A DNA stretch of 64,000 nucleotides, taken from positions 1,376,001 through 1,440,000 of the forward strand of contig CAVZYA010000002.1 of assembly GCA_963779415.1 (NCBI GenBank), written 5' to 3'. Positions 9,036-18,711 of this stretch are shown here, one piece after another (the stretch's first letter is position 1; each line of letters opens with the position of its first letter). The DNA is from an uncultured Acidobacteriota bacterium (lineage in GTDB: Bacteria > Acidobacteriota > Thermoanaerobaculia > UBA5066). The notes under the pieces were generated by a model. The model made no database searches. It was not told the origin of the DNA and was given only the letters and a program-made list of their open reading frames with translations. A program made the translations under genes and the position numbers.

Positions 9036-11474
9036 CTATCGAGAGGCCGTCGGGACGCCGATGCGGCGGAGGATGTCCTTGTAGCGGGGGTCGTCCCGGA
9101 GACTGTCCCAGGCGGGGTCGGCCACCATGTGGAGAAGCTGCGGCGTCCGTTCGTCGTAAGCCTTTTCGAGCCACTTCATTGCGAGGTCCTTCTCGCCGGC
9201 CTCCGCGTAGGCGCTGGCCAGGCCCTGCGCGCTCCCGCGGCCCGCCTGCACCTGCGCGGCGACGTAGTCGGCATGGGCCTTCAGGGCCGCCCGCGGACCG
9301 CCGGCACGGAGCCCGGTTTCGAGGACCCGGGTCCCCTCGCTGTCCAGCCCCACCCGAAGCTTGTATTCCGCGATTGCCTCGTCGTACTTCCCGGTTCGCC
9401 AGAGCGCTTCTCCCAGAAGGCCGTGCGCCATCCCGAGTTTCGGGAACGCCGCGGTGACGCGGCGGCCTTCGGTGATCACCTCGTCGTAGCGCCGGGCGGC
9501 CATCGTGTGGAACAGGACGACGACCTCGGCGAGGGGAGACGTCGGCTCGTAGCTCCTCCCGATCTTCACCTGCTCCAGGCTCTCCTCGAAGCGGCCGGTG
9601 ACCATCAGATAGTCGGCCCAGGCGTGCCGGGCCAGGAAATCGTGAGGGCTGAGCGCGACGGCTTCTCCGAGCCGAGCCCTGGCCGAGTCGAAGTTCCAGT
9701 CGTAGTAAAGCTCGATGCTCCCGAGGATGCCGTGGGCTTCTCCGAGCCGGTCGTCCAGGGCGAGAGCCTTCAGTGCGGCCTCCCGGGCGGCCGGAATGGC
9801 CTCGGCAGCGGAGGCCTGCCTGAAGAAGGCGAGGATGAAATTTGCCGCCGCCACGCCGCTCCAACCCCGGGCGAACGAGGGATCGAGGTCCACGGCGCTC
9901 TGGAACTCGGCGCGTGCCCTGTTCAGCTTGTCCGCCGAGATTGCCGTGAGCCCGAAAACGATCTGACGTCCCCTGAGGTACGCGTCCCAGGCCTCCGGGC
10001 GGACCCGCGCCGCCGCGTTCGTCTCCGGGGGCGGCGTCGGCCCGCGTCCTTCGGCCACCTTCAACCGGACCTCCTCGGCGATGTTCCGCGAAACGTCACT
10101 GAGAAGCCGGAGAACGTCGTGAAGGTCGCGGTCGTAGCTCTCGGCCCAGATGTGCTCGTCCGTCGAGCCCCGGATGAGCTGTGCGGTGATCCGGACCCGG
10201 TTCCCCTCGCGCAGTATGGAGCCCTCGATGAGGGCGTCGACGCCCAGCTCTTTCGCGATCTCCTTCAGAGGCTTCTTTTCACCCCGGTATTGCATGACGG
10301 AGGTTCGCGACGTGACGCGGAGGACCCCCAGCCTTGCGATCTCCGTGATGAGCGCGTCATGCATCCCGTCCACGAAGTAGTCCTGCGAGGCGTCGTGCAT
10401 CAGGTTGTCGAACGGCAGGACGGCAAGCGCTTTCAGGCTGGCCGAACCGGGCGACGCCGGTCCGGAGCTCTTCAGGCGCGGGATCAGGAGGAACGCCGCC
10501 GCGGCGACGAGCAGGGCGGCGCCCGCGGCGATCCAGATTCCCGGCCGGCGGGCCGAAGTCGGCGGGGCGGCCGCCGAGGGAGCTGTGGAGGGACGCGACG
10601 AAAGCTCCGCCTCGACCCCTTTCAGCTCGGCCGAGAGGTCGATCGCCGACTGCTGCCGCTGGCGCGGGTCCTTCTCGAGGCACCGCCGGACGATCCTCAC
10701 GAAGGCGGCTGGAAGGTCGGTTCGAATCCCTTCGAGCGCCGGAGGATCCGCCTTGAGAATCGAGGCCGCCACTTCGGCCTCGGTCGCACCGGCGAAGGGC
10801 CGCCGGCCGCTCGCCATTTCGTAGAGCATCGCGCCGAAGGAGAAGAGGTCGGACCGGGCGTCCGCCTTCTCGCCGCGGAGTTGCTCGGGGGCCATGTAGG
10901 GGACCGTCCCGAACACCTGTCCGGCCCGCGTCAGCGCCTCGGTTGCCGCCTCCGTCTCGACGTGGACCGAAGAGGAGGCGCGAACCTTCGCGAGGCCGAA
11001 GTCGAGCACCTTCACCCGTCCCTCGTCGGTGACCATGACGTTGGCCGGCTTCAGGTCCCGGTGGACGACGCCGTGGCCGTGGGCGGCGGCAAGGGCGTCG
11101 GCGATCGGAATCGCCCACTCGAGGATCTTCTTGATCGGAAGCCCGCCCGCCTCGATCAGCTCGGAAAGAGGGCGGCCGCGGATAAGCTCCATCACGAGGA
11201 GATGACGACCAGGAGAACCGGGGGAACCGGGGATCTCCTCGAAAGAGTAGATGGCGGCGATTCCCGGATGGTTCAGGATCGCGAGCGTGCGAGCCTCCCT
11301 CTCGAACCGCGCCTTCCTCTCTTCGTCCTCGAGGAAATTCCCCGGCAGGACCTTGATGGCGACTTCTCGTCCGAGTCGCATGTCACGGCCTCTCCAGACT
11401 TCTCCCATCCCTCCGGCCCCGAGGAGACCGAGCACCTCATAGGCGCCAAGACGGGACCCGGCGGCGAGCGCCAT
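9036..11474 (-). CDS. Hanks-type Ser/Thr protein kinase with TM, TolB-like and TPR domains
   Basis: LGAGGMGEV, VAIKVL, HRDLKPAN, DFGLA, GTVPYMAPE; LAVLPFDN domain; helical repeats. Confidence 0.95.
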   Translation of the reverse strand: MALAAGSRLGAYEVLGLLGAGGMGEVWRGRDMRLGREVAIKVLPGNFLEDEERKARFEREARTLAILNHPGIAAIYSFEEIPGSPGSPGRHLLVMELIRGRPLSELIEAGGLPIKKILEWAIPIADALAAAHGHGVVHRDLKPANVMVTDEGRVKVLDFGLAKVRASSSVHVETEAATEALTRAGQVFGTVPYMAPEQLRGEKADARSDLFSFGAMLYEMASGRRPFAGATEAEVAASILKADPPALEGIRTDLPAAFVRIVRRCLEKDPRQRQQSAIDLSAELKGVEAELSSRPSTAPSAAAPPTSARRPGIWIAAGAALLVAAAAFLLIPRLKSSGPASPGSASLKALAVLPFDNLMHDASQDYFVDGMHDALITEIARLGVLRVTSRTSVMQYRGEKKPLKEIAKELGVDALIEGSILREGNRVRITAQLIRGSTDEHIWAESYDRDLHDVLRLLSDVSRNIAEEVRLKVAEGRGPTPPPETNAAARVRPEAWDAYLRGRQIVFGLTAISADKLNRARAEFQSAVDLDPSFARGWSGVAAANFILAFFRQASAAEAIPAAREAALKALALDDRLGEAHGILGSIELYYDWNFDSARARLGEAVALSPHDFLARHAWADYLMVTGRFEESLEQVKIGRSYEPTSPLAEVVVLFHTMAARRYDEVITEGRRVTAAFPKLGMAHGLLGEALWRTGKYDEAIAEYKLRVGLDSEGTRVLETGLRAGGPRAALKAHADYVAAQVQAGRGSAQGLASAYAEAGEKDLAMKWLEKAYDERTPQLLHMVADPAWDSLRDDPRYKDILRRIGVPTASR

Positions 11475-11617
11475 TGTGGAAGTCGCTTTCGCGATTCTAG
11501 GTCCGCGGCAGCCGGCGAGCTCCGGAGCCTGCTCTTTCGGAGGCGTTCACGACCCGATAGCATCCGGCGAATGTCTCCCGTCCCCCATCGGACGTGGCGT
11601 TCGCCGAGGCCTCGCTG

Positions 11618-12427
11618 ATGCGCCCGCTCGATGTCGCCGTGGCGGCCGCCGAGGAGGCAGGGGCGCTCCTCATCGACTTCTTCGGCTCGCTCGATCCCGC
11701 GGACGTGGAGGAGAAGGCGAAGAACGACATGGTCTCCCGCGCGGACCGGGAGGCGGAGGCCGTCCTCCGGCACGTGCTTCTCGGCGCCTACCCTCATGAC
11801 TGCTTTCTCGGCGAGGAGACCGGGAAGAGCGGCGGCGCGGCAGGCGCTCCGGTCTGGATCGTCGACCCGCTCGACGGGACGGCGAACTTCATCCGCGGCT
11901 TTCCACACTGGGCCGTCTCGATCGCGCGGACGACGGGGGGGCTCGAGGGACCGCTCGAGGTCGGCGTCGTCTGGGATCCGGTCAAGGAGGACCTCTTCAC
12001 GGCCGCGGCGGGTGCCGGCGCCTGTCGAAACGGCGCCCGGCTCCTGGTCCCGGCGCGCGGGTCGCTCGACGGGGCGGCGGTCGCGACGGGCTTCCCGTTC
12101 CGCCAGCAGGGAAAGATCGACCTCTACCTGGCGATCTTCCGCGAGGTCTTTCTCGCGGCTCGCTCAATCCGCAGGGCCGGGAGCGCGGCGCTCGACCTCG
12201 CTTACGTCTCCGCGGGAATCTTCGACGGCTTCTTCGAGTTCGGCCTCTCGCCCTGGGACACGGCAGCGGGCGCGCTCCTGATCACTGAGGCCGGAGGGTT
12301 CGTCACCGACTTCGACGGGGGAGGGAGCTGGCGGACTCGCGGAAACGTCCTTGCCGGGTCGCCCGGAACGCACGAGGCCCTCCTCGAGGTCGTCCGGTCC
12401 CTCGGCGTCACCGAGTCGCGGCTCTAG
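11618..12427 (+). CDS. suhB: Inositol monophosphatase family protein
   Basis: GEE, WIVDPLDGTANF, RRAGSAALDL, WDTAAG; start either GTG 11594 or ATG 11618. Confidence 0.9.
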   Translation: MRPLDVAVAAAEEAGALLIDFFGSLDPADVEEKAKNDMVSRADREAEAVLRHVLLGAYPHDCFLGEETGKSGGAAGAPVWIVDPLDGTANFIRGFPHWAVSIARTTGGLEGPLEVGVVWDPVKEDLFTAAAGAGACRNGARLLVPARGSLDGAAVATGFPFRQQGKIDLYLAIFREVFLAARSIRRAGSAALDLAYVSAGIFDGFFEFGLSPWDTAAGALLITEAGGFVTDFDGGGSWRTRGNVLAGSPGTHEALLEVVRSLGVTESRL

Positions 12428-12433
12428 AGGGCC

Positions 12434-14263
12434 TCAGTCCCGCTTCGCCGGTGGCGCTTCGGAATAGAGGCCGTCCAGGAGCTGCCGGTAGTGCTGCTCG
12501 ACGACCTTGCGGCGGACCTTGAGGCTGGGCGTCAGCTCGCCGGTTTCGACCTTCAGCTCGGACGGGAGGATCGCGAAGCGCTTGATCGTTTCGTGCCGCG
12601 CCAGGCGCGAGTTGACGTTCTCGATGTGCGGCTTCAGGAGCGAAAAGACGCGGTCGTCCTTCACCAGTTCCTCATAGGGCTTCCCGGCGAGCCCTTCCGC
12701 CTTCGCCCACGAGAGGATCTCCTCCTCGGCGACGCTGATGAGCGCCGTGCAGAAGCTCCGGTTGTTCCCGTGGAGGACGGCGTAGCTGATGAGCGCCGAC
12801 TCGACCTTCAGGAGCCCCTCGACGACCTGGGGCGCCACGTACTTGCCGCCGGAGGTCTTGATGAGGTCCTTCTTCCGGTCGGTGATCGTCAGGTGCCCGT
12901 CCGGTCCGAGGACGCCGATGTCGCCGGTGTGGAGCCACCCTTCGGCGTCGAGCGCTTCGGCGGTCTCGACGGGCCGGCCGTGGTAGCCGCGCATGACGCC
13001 GCGGCCGCGCAGAAGGATCTCTCCGTCGGGCGCGAACGTCACCTCCATCCCCGGGATGATGGTCCCGACCGTTCCAAACCGGTTGTGGTCGATTCGGTTG
13101 AAGAAGGTGACGGCCGTCGTCTCCGTGAGGCCGTACCCCTCCAGAATCGGGATGCCGCAGGCGTCGAAGAACTCGCCCAGCTCGTGCGCGAGCGGAGCGC
13201 TCCCGCAGGGGCAGAATCGGAGCCGTCCGCCGAACCTCTCCCGAATCTTCCCCAGGACGAAGTGGTCGGCGAGGCGGTGCCGAAGGGCAAGCCAGGGGCC
13301 GGGCCGGCGCCCCTCCCGCCGGAGACGGGAGTTCTCCATCCCGACGTCGAGCGCCCAGTCGAAGATCGCCTTTTTCGCCCGGCCTGCGGCGAGGAGCTGA
13401 CCGACGATCTTCGCGTGGGCCTTCTCGAAAATCCGCGGCACGGCGCAGAAGAAGGTCGGTTTCACGACGCCGAGGTTCTCGACGATCCTGTCGACACGCC
13501 CGTCGACCGCGGTCGGGACGCCAACGTGGATGCAGAGGGCGACGGCCGCCTTCCCGAAAACGTGGGCGAGGGGGAGCCAGAGAAACTGGCGGTCGGAGGG
13601 AGAGAGGATCCCGAGCGAGGCCGCAATCGTCCCGGCCTCGAAGAGCCAGTTGTCGTGCGTCAGCTCGACCCCCTTCGGCCGGCCCGTCGTTCCCGACGTG
13701 TAGATCAGCGTCGCCACGCTCTCCGGCGTCGCCCCCAGCGCCGTCTCGTCGACGGCGCCGGGATGGCCTTCCTGCCACTCGCGGCCGCGGATCTCGAGGT
13801 CGGCGAGCGAGAGGGCCCCTTCGGGAAGCCCGCCAGATGTGTCGATCAGGATCAGCTGACGCAGCTCCGGCAGCTCGCTTCGGCGGGAGAGGATCTTCTG
13901 CGCCTGCGCCACGTCCTCGGCGAAAACGACGACCGAGCGCGAGTCGGAGAGGATGAACCCGGTGTCGTCGGGCGTGGAGGCCGCGTAGACCGTGACGGTG
14001 ACCCCTCCGGCGAAAAGGATGCCGAGGTCCGCGAGGATCCACTCGAGCCTCGTGTTCGAAACGATCCCGACCCGTTCTCCCGGCTCGACGCCGAGCGATC
14101 GAAGACCGCCGGCAATCGCCCGGACCCGCCCGTCCGTCTCCTTCCAGGTCAACGGCTTCCAGCCGCCTCCCTCGGGAGAGAGATAGGCCGTCGCCTCCGG
14201 TGTGGCGCTTGCGCGCCGGGAGAAGAGGTCGGGGATCGATCGGGCCATCGGCGAAGCATCCAT
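12434..14263 (-). CDS. fadD: Long-chain fatty acid--CoA ligase (AMP-binding)
   Basis: YTSGTTGRPKG, EGYGLTET, GWLHTGD, DRKKDLIKTSGGKYVAP, LTPSLKVRR. Confidence 0.92.
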   Translation of the reverse strand: MDASPMARSIPDLFSRRASATPEATAYLSPEGGGWKPLTWKETDGRVRAIAGGLRSLGVEPGERVGIVSNTRLEWILADLGILFAGGVTVTVYAASTPDDTGFILSDSRSVVVFAEDVAQAQKILSRRSELPELRQLILIDTSGGLPEGALSLADLEIRGREWQEGHPGAVDETALGATPESVATLIYTSGTTGRPKGVELTHDNWLFEAGTIAASLGILSPSDRQFLWLPLAHVFGKAAVALCIHVGVPTAVDGRVDRIVENLGVVKPTFFCAVPRIFEKAHAKIVGQLLAAGRAKKAIFDWALDVGMENSRLRREGRRPGPWLALRHRLADHFVLGKIRERFGGRLRFCPCGSAPLAHELGEFFDACGIPILEGYGLTETTAVTFFNRIDHNRFGTVGTIIPGMEVTFAPDGEILLRGRGVMRGYHGRPVETAEALDAEGWLHTGDIGVLGPDGHLTITDRKKDLIKTSGGKYVAPQVVEGLLKVESALISYAVLHGNNRSFCTALISVAEEEILSWAKAEGLAGKPYEELVKDDRVFSLLKPHIENVNSRLARHETIKRFAILPSELKVETGELTPSLKVRRKVVEQHYRQLLDGLYSEAPPAKRD

Positions 14264-14322
14264 TGATTCCTCCCAAAGGGAGGTGAGGACAAGCTAGGTC
14301 CTCGGCTGACGCTTCGCAAGGA

Positions 14323-15318
14323 CTACCGCGAAAGGGCGCGACCGACCGCCTCCGCGATCACCTCGCCGAGTCGGTCGTTTCCCGCATCGGTCAGGTGACA
14401 GATGTCGATGAAATGGGCGGAGTCGCGTGGGATCGCTTCCGCGACCCGAGCCAGCGGAAGGCCGAATCTCTCCGCGAGGCTCTCCACGACCGCGTTGTGC
14501 GTCCTCACGCCGGCCACCGTCGAGCCGATGTTTCCCCAGAAGTGCCGCATGACCTTCTCGTCCGCCCGGATCCTCGCGAGGAGCTTCCCGTCGTCCGTCG
14601 GCAGTGCGATGGCGAAGGTGGCGAGCACCATCCTCGCGTTCCGGCCACGGGCCGTCCCGAGGATCCCGATCAGGTTCTCCTCGAAGAGGACGCGGCTCCG
14701 GATCCGGTCCGGAGCGAAATCGGGAACGGACCGGAGCGCCTTGTCGACGAGGTGGTACTTCAGGAGGCCCAGAAGAACGGAGGAGTGCCGCGTCCTCCAG
14801 TCGAAGTAGCCGACGGTGGGGAGCCCCTCGAGCCACGGAAACGAGTTGTAGATGTTGTCGTTGATCCCGCCGTACCAGACGACGACGTCGGGAGACCAGG
14901 CGGCCGCGTTCTTCTCGAAATTCGCGCGGTTCACGAAAGAGGTGTACCGGGGCTTGCCGCAGCTCATGACGCGGAACCCCCTGCCCGGATGGACGCGCCG
15001 GAGGTTCTCCTTCACGGAGGCGACGTACCTCGCCGAGAAGGAGGTCGACTCCCCGAGGAGAAGGACGCGCGTCTCGCCGGACGCCTTCGGTAGCGCGTCG
15101 TCGCCGACGCAGCCGACGTCGTTCAGGACCATCCCGGGAAGCTCCGTCCGGGGCGCGTACGTGTAGAGAATCTCGTCGTCGAACCGCATCCCGGCCGGGG
15201 TGACCCTCGCGACGAGGTATCGGCTCGCGGCCTCGGCGAGGACGAACGCGAGGAACGTCGAGACGGCGAACGTCGCCCAGCTCTTCGCCCGCTCGGAGAG
15301 CCGGCCGCCGGCCTCCAC
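14323..15318 (-). CDS. Membrane-anchored SGNH/GDSL hydrolase family protein
   Basis: N-terminal TM, LLGEST block I, YGGIND, FIDICHLTDAGN. Confidence 0.75.
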   Translation of the reverse strand: MEAGGRLSERAKSWATFAVSTFLAFVLAEAASRYLVARVTPAGMRFDDEILYTYAPRTELPGMVLNDVGCVGDDALPKASGETRVLLLGESTSFSARYVASVKENLRRVHPGRGFRVMSCGKPRYTSFVNRANFEKNAAAWSPDVVVWYGGINDNIYNSFPWLEGLPTVGYFDWRTRHSSVLLGLLKYHLVDKALRSVPDFAPDRIRSRVLFEENLIGILGTARGRNARMVLATFAIALPTDDGKLLARIRADEKVMRHFWGNIGSTVAGVRTHNAVVESLAERFGLPLARVAEAIPRDSAHFIDICHLTDAGNDRLGEVIAEAVGRALSR

Positions 15319-15671
15319 TATGTGGCCGTCCCCCTGTCGCTCGCCGGGGCCCGGGCCAGGAGAAGCGTCAGGACGGCGTGCAGGGCGACCGCTGGCCAGA
15401 GGAGGATGCCGGTCATGACGCCCGCGAGACCGCCCCAGGCGAGATAGAGCGTGACGGCCGCGCTATAGGTCAACATGCCGACCCGCGGCGGGCCCGGCCA
15501 GCAAGCGACCCCAAGGGCGATCAGGGCGATGCCGGCCACGCGCGCCACGACAAGGGCCATTTCGGTCAGCTCGGCGCCGAGCAGCAGTTGCCCGACCAAC
15601 GACGGGACGACCAGCAGCGCCAGGCCCGTGACCGCCTCGGCCACGGCGGCGACAGTCAGTGGTCCCTTCAT
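15318..15671 (-). CDS. Small hypothetical membrane protein (about 4 TM), downstream of the sulfatase
   Basis: 117-aa hydrophobic ORF starting 4 nt after the arylsulfatase stop. Confidence 0.7.
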   Translation of the reverse strand: MKGPLTVAAVAEAVTGLALLVVPSLVGQLLLGAELTEMALVVARVAGIALIALGVACWPGPPRVGMLTYSAAVTLYLAWGGLAGVMTGILLWPAVALHAVLTLLLARAPASDRGTAT

Positions 15672-15675
15672 CCCG

Positions 15676-18168
15676 TTAGTCCTTCGCCTGGGCGACGGTC
15701 TCCTGCATCTGCTTCCGCTCCTCGGCCGTCAACTGGTTCGCTCCGAGCTTGAAGGTGAGCTTGTTGATCGTGCCGGTGAACGGGAACGGAGAATCGTAGC
15801 GATACTCCAGCAGCGCGACGCCAGTGCGCGTGTCCGATCCGATGTCTAAGGTCTCATCCTCCGGGAATGTGATCGGCGTCGTGTGCTCCATGATGTTCCG
15901 GGCCACTTCCTGGCCGTCCACGGAGAGCACGCCCGTCCCGCCCTTGCCCAGGCCCGGGCCGTCGGACTTGAAGTCGAAGACGATGGTATGCCTGCCGGCG
16001 GCGAGCTCCGGCCCGTCCCACACCGTGCGCTTGAGGTCGAGCAGGTTGTAGAGGAAGACCGGCTTGCCCCGGCCGATTCCGAACTCGCCCTTGCTGAGAA
16101 AGAGCCCGTAGCCGCCGAAGCGCCCCCCGTCGGTGACGATCATCCCTTCCGCGCCTCCATCGGGGATCGTGACCTCGGCGGTGATGGTGTACGACTTGTT
16201 CAGGATGCTCGGGGCGCCGCTGTTCGGGACGCCCGTCAGCGTTCCCGTGTAGGTGAAGACCGTTCGTCCCCCTGTGAGGTTCGGCTTCGGCGCGTTCCAG
16301 CGCGTCAGGGACGAGTTGTCGAGTGGCAGCACGTCATGCTTCTTCGCCTCCAGATAGAAGAGGGACTGCATCTGCTTGAGCTTCTCCGGCATCCGGGCTG
16401 CCAGGTCGTCGGATTCGGTGGGATCCTCCTTGACGTTGTAGAGCTCCCACTTGTACCCCGTGATCACGTCGGGCGGCTTGGCCGTGCTCAGCTCCCACGG
16501 GAGCGTCGCCGGGGTCGTGGCCGCCACCCAACCGTCGTGGTAGATGGCGCGGTTGCCGAGCATCTCGAAATACTGCGTGGTATGCCTTGTGGGCGCGTTG
16601 GCGTTCGCCTGGTCCCAAGAATAGGCCATGCTCACGCCGTCCATCGGGCGCTGCTTAATGCCGTCGAGCGTGTCCGGCAACGGGATGCCGCTCGCCTCGA
16701 GGATGGTCGGAGCAATGTCGATGAGATGGTGAAACTGGCGGCGGATGCCGCCCGCGTCGTTGATGTGGCCGGGCCACGACATGGCCATGCCCTGGGCGGT
16801 GCCGCCGAAGTGCGACGCCACCTGCTTCGTCCACTTGAACGGCGTGTCCATCGCCCACGACCAGGGTGCCGCAAAGTGCGGGAAGGTTCGCTCGGACCCC
16901 CAGAACTCGTACCAGAGAAGCTGGTCCTTGACGGGCACTTCAACGCCATTGAAGGTGGTGAACTCGTTCGGTGTGCCGTTGAGCATCCCTTCAGGGCTCG
17001 CGCCATTGTCGCCCGCGATGTAGATGATCAGGGTGTTGTCGAGCTGGCCGAGGTCTTCGACCGCCTGGATGACGCGACCGATCTCGTAATCGGTGTACGC
17101 GAGGTACGCCCCGTAGACCTCCGCCTGCTTGATGAACAGCTTCTTCTCCACGAACCCGAGGGAATCCCACTCCGGCAGCTCCTTCGGCCAGGGGGTCAGC
17201 TTGGCGTTCGGAGGCATGATGCCGAGCCGCTTCTGGTTGGCGAAGATCGTCTCGCGCAGCTTGTTCCAGCCGCCGTCGAAGAGGTGCATGTCGCTGATCT
17301 TCTTGATCCACTCCGGCGTCGGATGATGTGGCGAGTGGGTGCCGCCCGGCACGTAATAGACGAGGAACGGCTTTTCGGGCGCGATCTCCTTGAGTTCCTT
17401 CATGTACCGGATCGCCTCGTCGGCCATGGCGGTGGTCAGGTTCCAGCCCGGTTTGCCCTGGAACGGGTAGATGGCCGTCGTGTTGCGGTAGAGGTTCGGC
17501 TGCCACTGGCTGGCGTCGCCGCCGACGAAGCCGTAAAAGTACTCGAAGCCCATGCCGTTCGGCCACTGGTCGAAGGGCCCGGCCTGGGTCGATTGGTAGA
17601 AGGGCGTGTTGTGGTCCTTGCCGAACCACGACGTCGCGTACCCGTTCTCCCTCAGGATGGTGCCGATGGTGCCGTTCTCCTTCCGGATGACCGAGTCGTA
17701 TCCCGGGAATCCCGTCGCAATTTCGCCCACCACTCCGAAGCCGGCCACGTGGTGGTTGCGCCCGGTGATCAAGGCCGCGCGCGAGGGCGAGCAGAGCGAC
17801 GTGGAGTGGAAATTCGTGTAACGCAGCCCGTTCTTCGCGATGCGATCCATGGCCGGTGTCGGAACGACGCCGCCGAACGTGCCCGGCGCGCCGAACCCGC
17901 TGTCGTCGGTCATGATGAGGAGCACGTTAGGCGCGCCCTTCGGCGGCACGACGCGCGGTGCCCACCACGCTTTCGACTCCGAGGCCTTTTCCTTGATCAC
18001 CCCGCCGAATTTCGGATCGGGCGGCGGAAGCTGTTTCCCGCTGATCGTGGCGGTGGCGCCGGGCGAACCGGGCGTGCCGGTCACCTGCTGTGCGAGGCCG
18101 GACGAGGAAGAGAGCGTAAAGGCGACACCGGAGACCGCGAGGGCGACGACCAGCTTGGCTGCCTTCAT
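15676..18168 (-). CDS. Secreted arylsulfatase (Cys-type, formylglycine-dependent) with C-terminal LamG-like domain
   Basis: Signal peptide; NVLLIMTDD; SLCSPSRAALITGRNHH (CxPxR); AGGAG RBS. Confidence 0.93.
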   Translation of the reverse strand: MKAAKLVVALAVSGVAFTLSSSSGLAQQVTGTPGSPGATATISGKQLPPPDPKFGGVIKEKASESKAWWAPRVVPPKGAPNVLLIMTDDSGFGAPGTFGGVVPTPAMDRIAKNGLRYTNFHSTSLCSPSRAALITGRNHHVAGFGVVGEIATGFPGYDSVIRKENGTIGTILRENGYATSWFGKDHNTPFYQSTQAGPFDQWPNGMGFEYFYGFVGGDASQWQPNLYRNTTAIYPFQGKPGWNLTTAMADEAIRYMKELKEIAPEKPFLVYYVPGGTHSPHHPTPEWIKKISDMHLFDGGWNKLRETIFANQKRLGIMPPNAKLTPWPKELPEWDSLGFVEKKLFIKQAEVYGAYLAYTDYEIGRVIQAVEDLGQLDNTLIIYIAGDNGASPEGMLNGTPNEFTTFNGVEVPVKDQLLWYEFWGSERTFPHFAAPWSWAMDTPFKWTKQVASHFGGTAQGMAMSWPGHINDAGGIRRQFHHLIDIAPTILEASGIPLPDTLDGIKQRPMDGVSMAYSWDQANANAPTRHTTQYFEMLGNRAIYHDGWVAATTPATLPWELSTAKPPDVITGYKWELYNVKEDPTESDDLAARMPEKLKQMQSLFYLEAKKHDVLPLDNSSLTRWNAPKPNLTGGRTVFTYTGTLTGVPNSGAPSILNKSYTITAEVTIPDGGAEGMIVTDGGRFGGYGLFLSKGEFGIGRGKPVFLYNLLDLKRTVWDGPELAAGRHTIVFDFKSDGPGLGKGGTGVLSVDGQEVARNIMEHTTPITFPEDETLDIGSDTRTGVALLEYRYDSPFPFTGTINKLTFKLGANQLTAEERKQMQETVAQAKD

Positions 18169-18204
18169 GCGAGGCTCCTTTGTTTCGATCTGGATTCTTT
18201 CATG

Positions 18205-18710
18205 TCAGAGATCGGAGCGGGTCTCGAGCAGTCTCTTCCGCGTGTAGGCGATCAGGCCGCCGGCGTCGATGATCGCCTGCCGGGCTGCCGGGAGCGGGAC
18301 GACGGCCAACGACTCTTCCCGGTCGTCCGGTTGATGACGCGGTCGCCCGCGACCTCGAGCTCGTCGCCGACCGACGCCTCGAGGTCCGGGGGCCGTGACG
18401 ACGTGAAGGCCGAGGTTGATCGCGTTCTGGAGGAAGATCCGGGCGAAGCTCCTTCGCCACGATCGTCAGCTCGTACCCCTTGAGCGCGGAGACGGCCTGC
18501 TCGCGGGAGGAGCCGCAGCCGAAGTTCTTCCCGCCGACGAGGATCGACCCGGCGGGGAACTCCTTCGCCCTCAGCCGCGCGTTGAAGCCGGCGTCGTCGG
18601 CGAACGCGAACTGCGGCGTCTCGGTCGGGAGGACGGTCGCCATGTAGCGGCCGGGGTAGATGACGTCGGTGGAGACGTCGTCGCCCGAGGACGCAGACGA
18701 CCTTCGCCAT
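18205..18710 (-). CDS. Aconitase-family small subunit (LeuD/HacB-like), frameshifted in assembly
   Basis: Fragments GDDVSTDVIYPGRYMAT, GKNFGCGSSREQA, FARIFLQNAINLG, IIDAGGLIAY across frames. Confidence 0.85.
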
Positions 18711-18711
18711 C

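Noticed and set aside
11205-11235. Short tandem GGAGAACCG/GGGGAACCG in the kinase (PGSPGSPG)
   Set aside because: A two-unit low-complexity loop insertion with no clear match to the fmt element.
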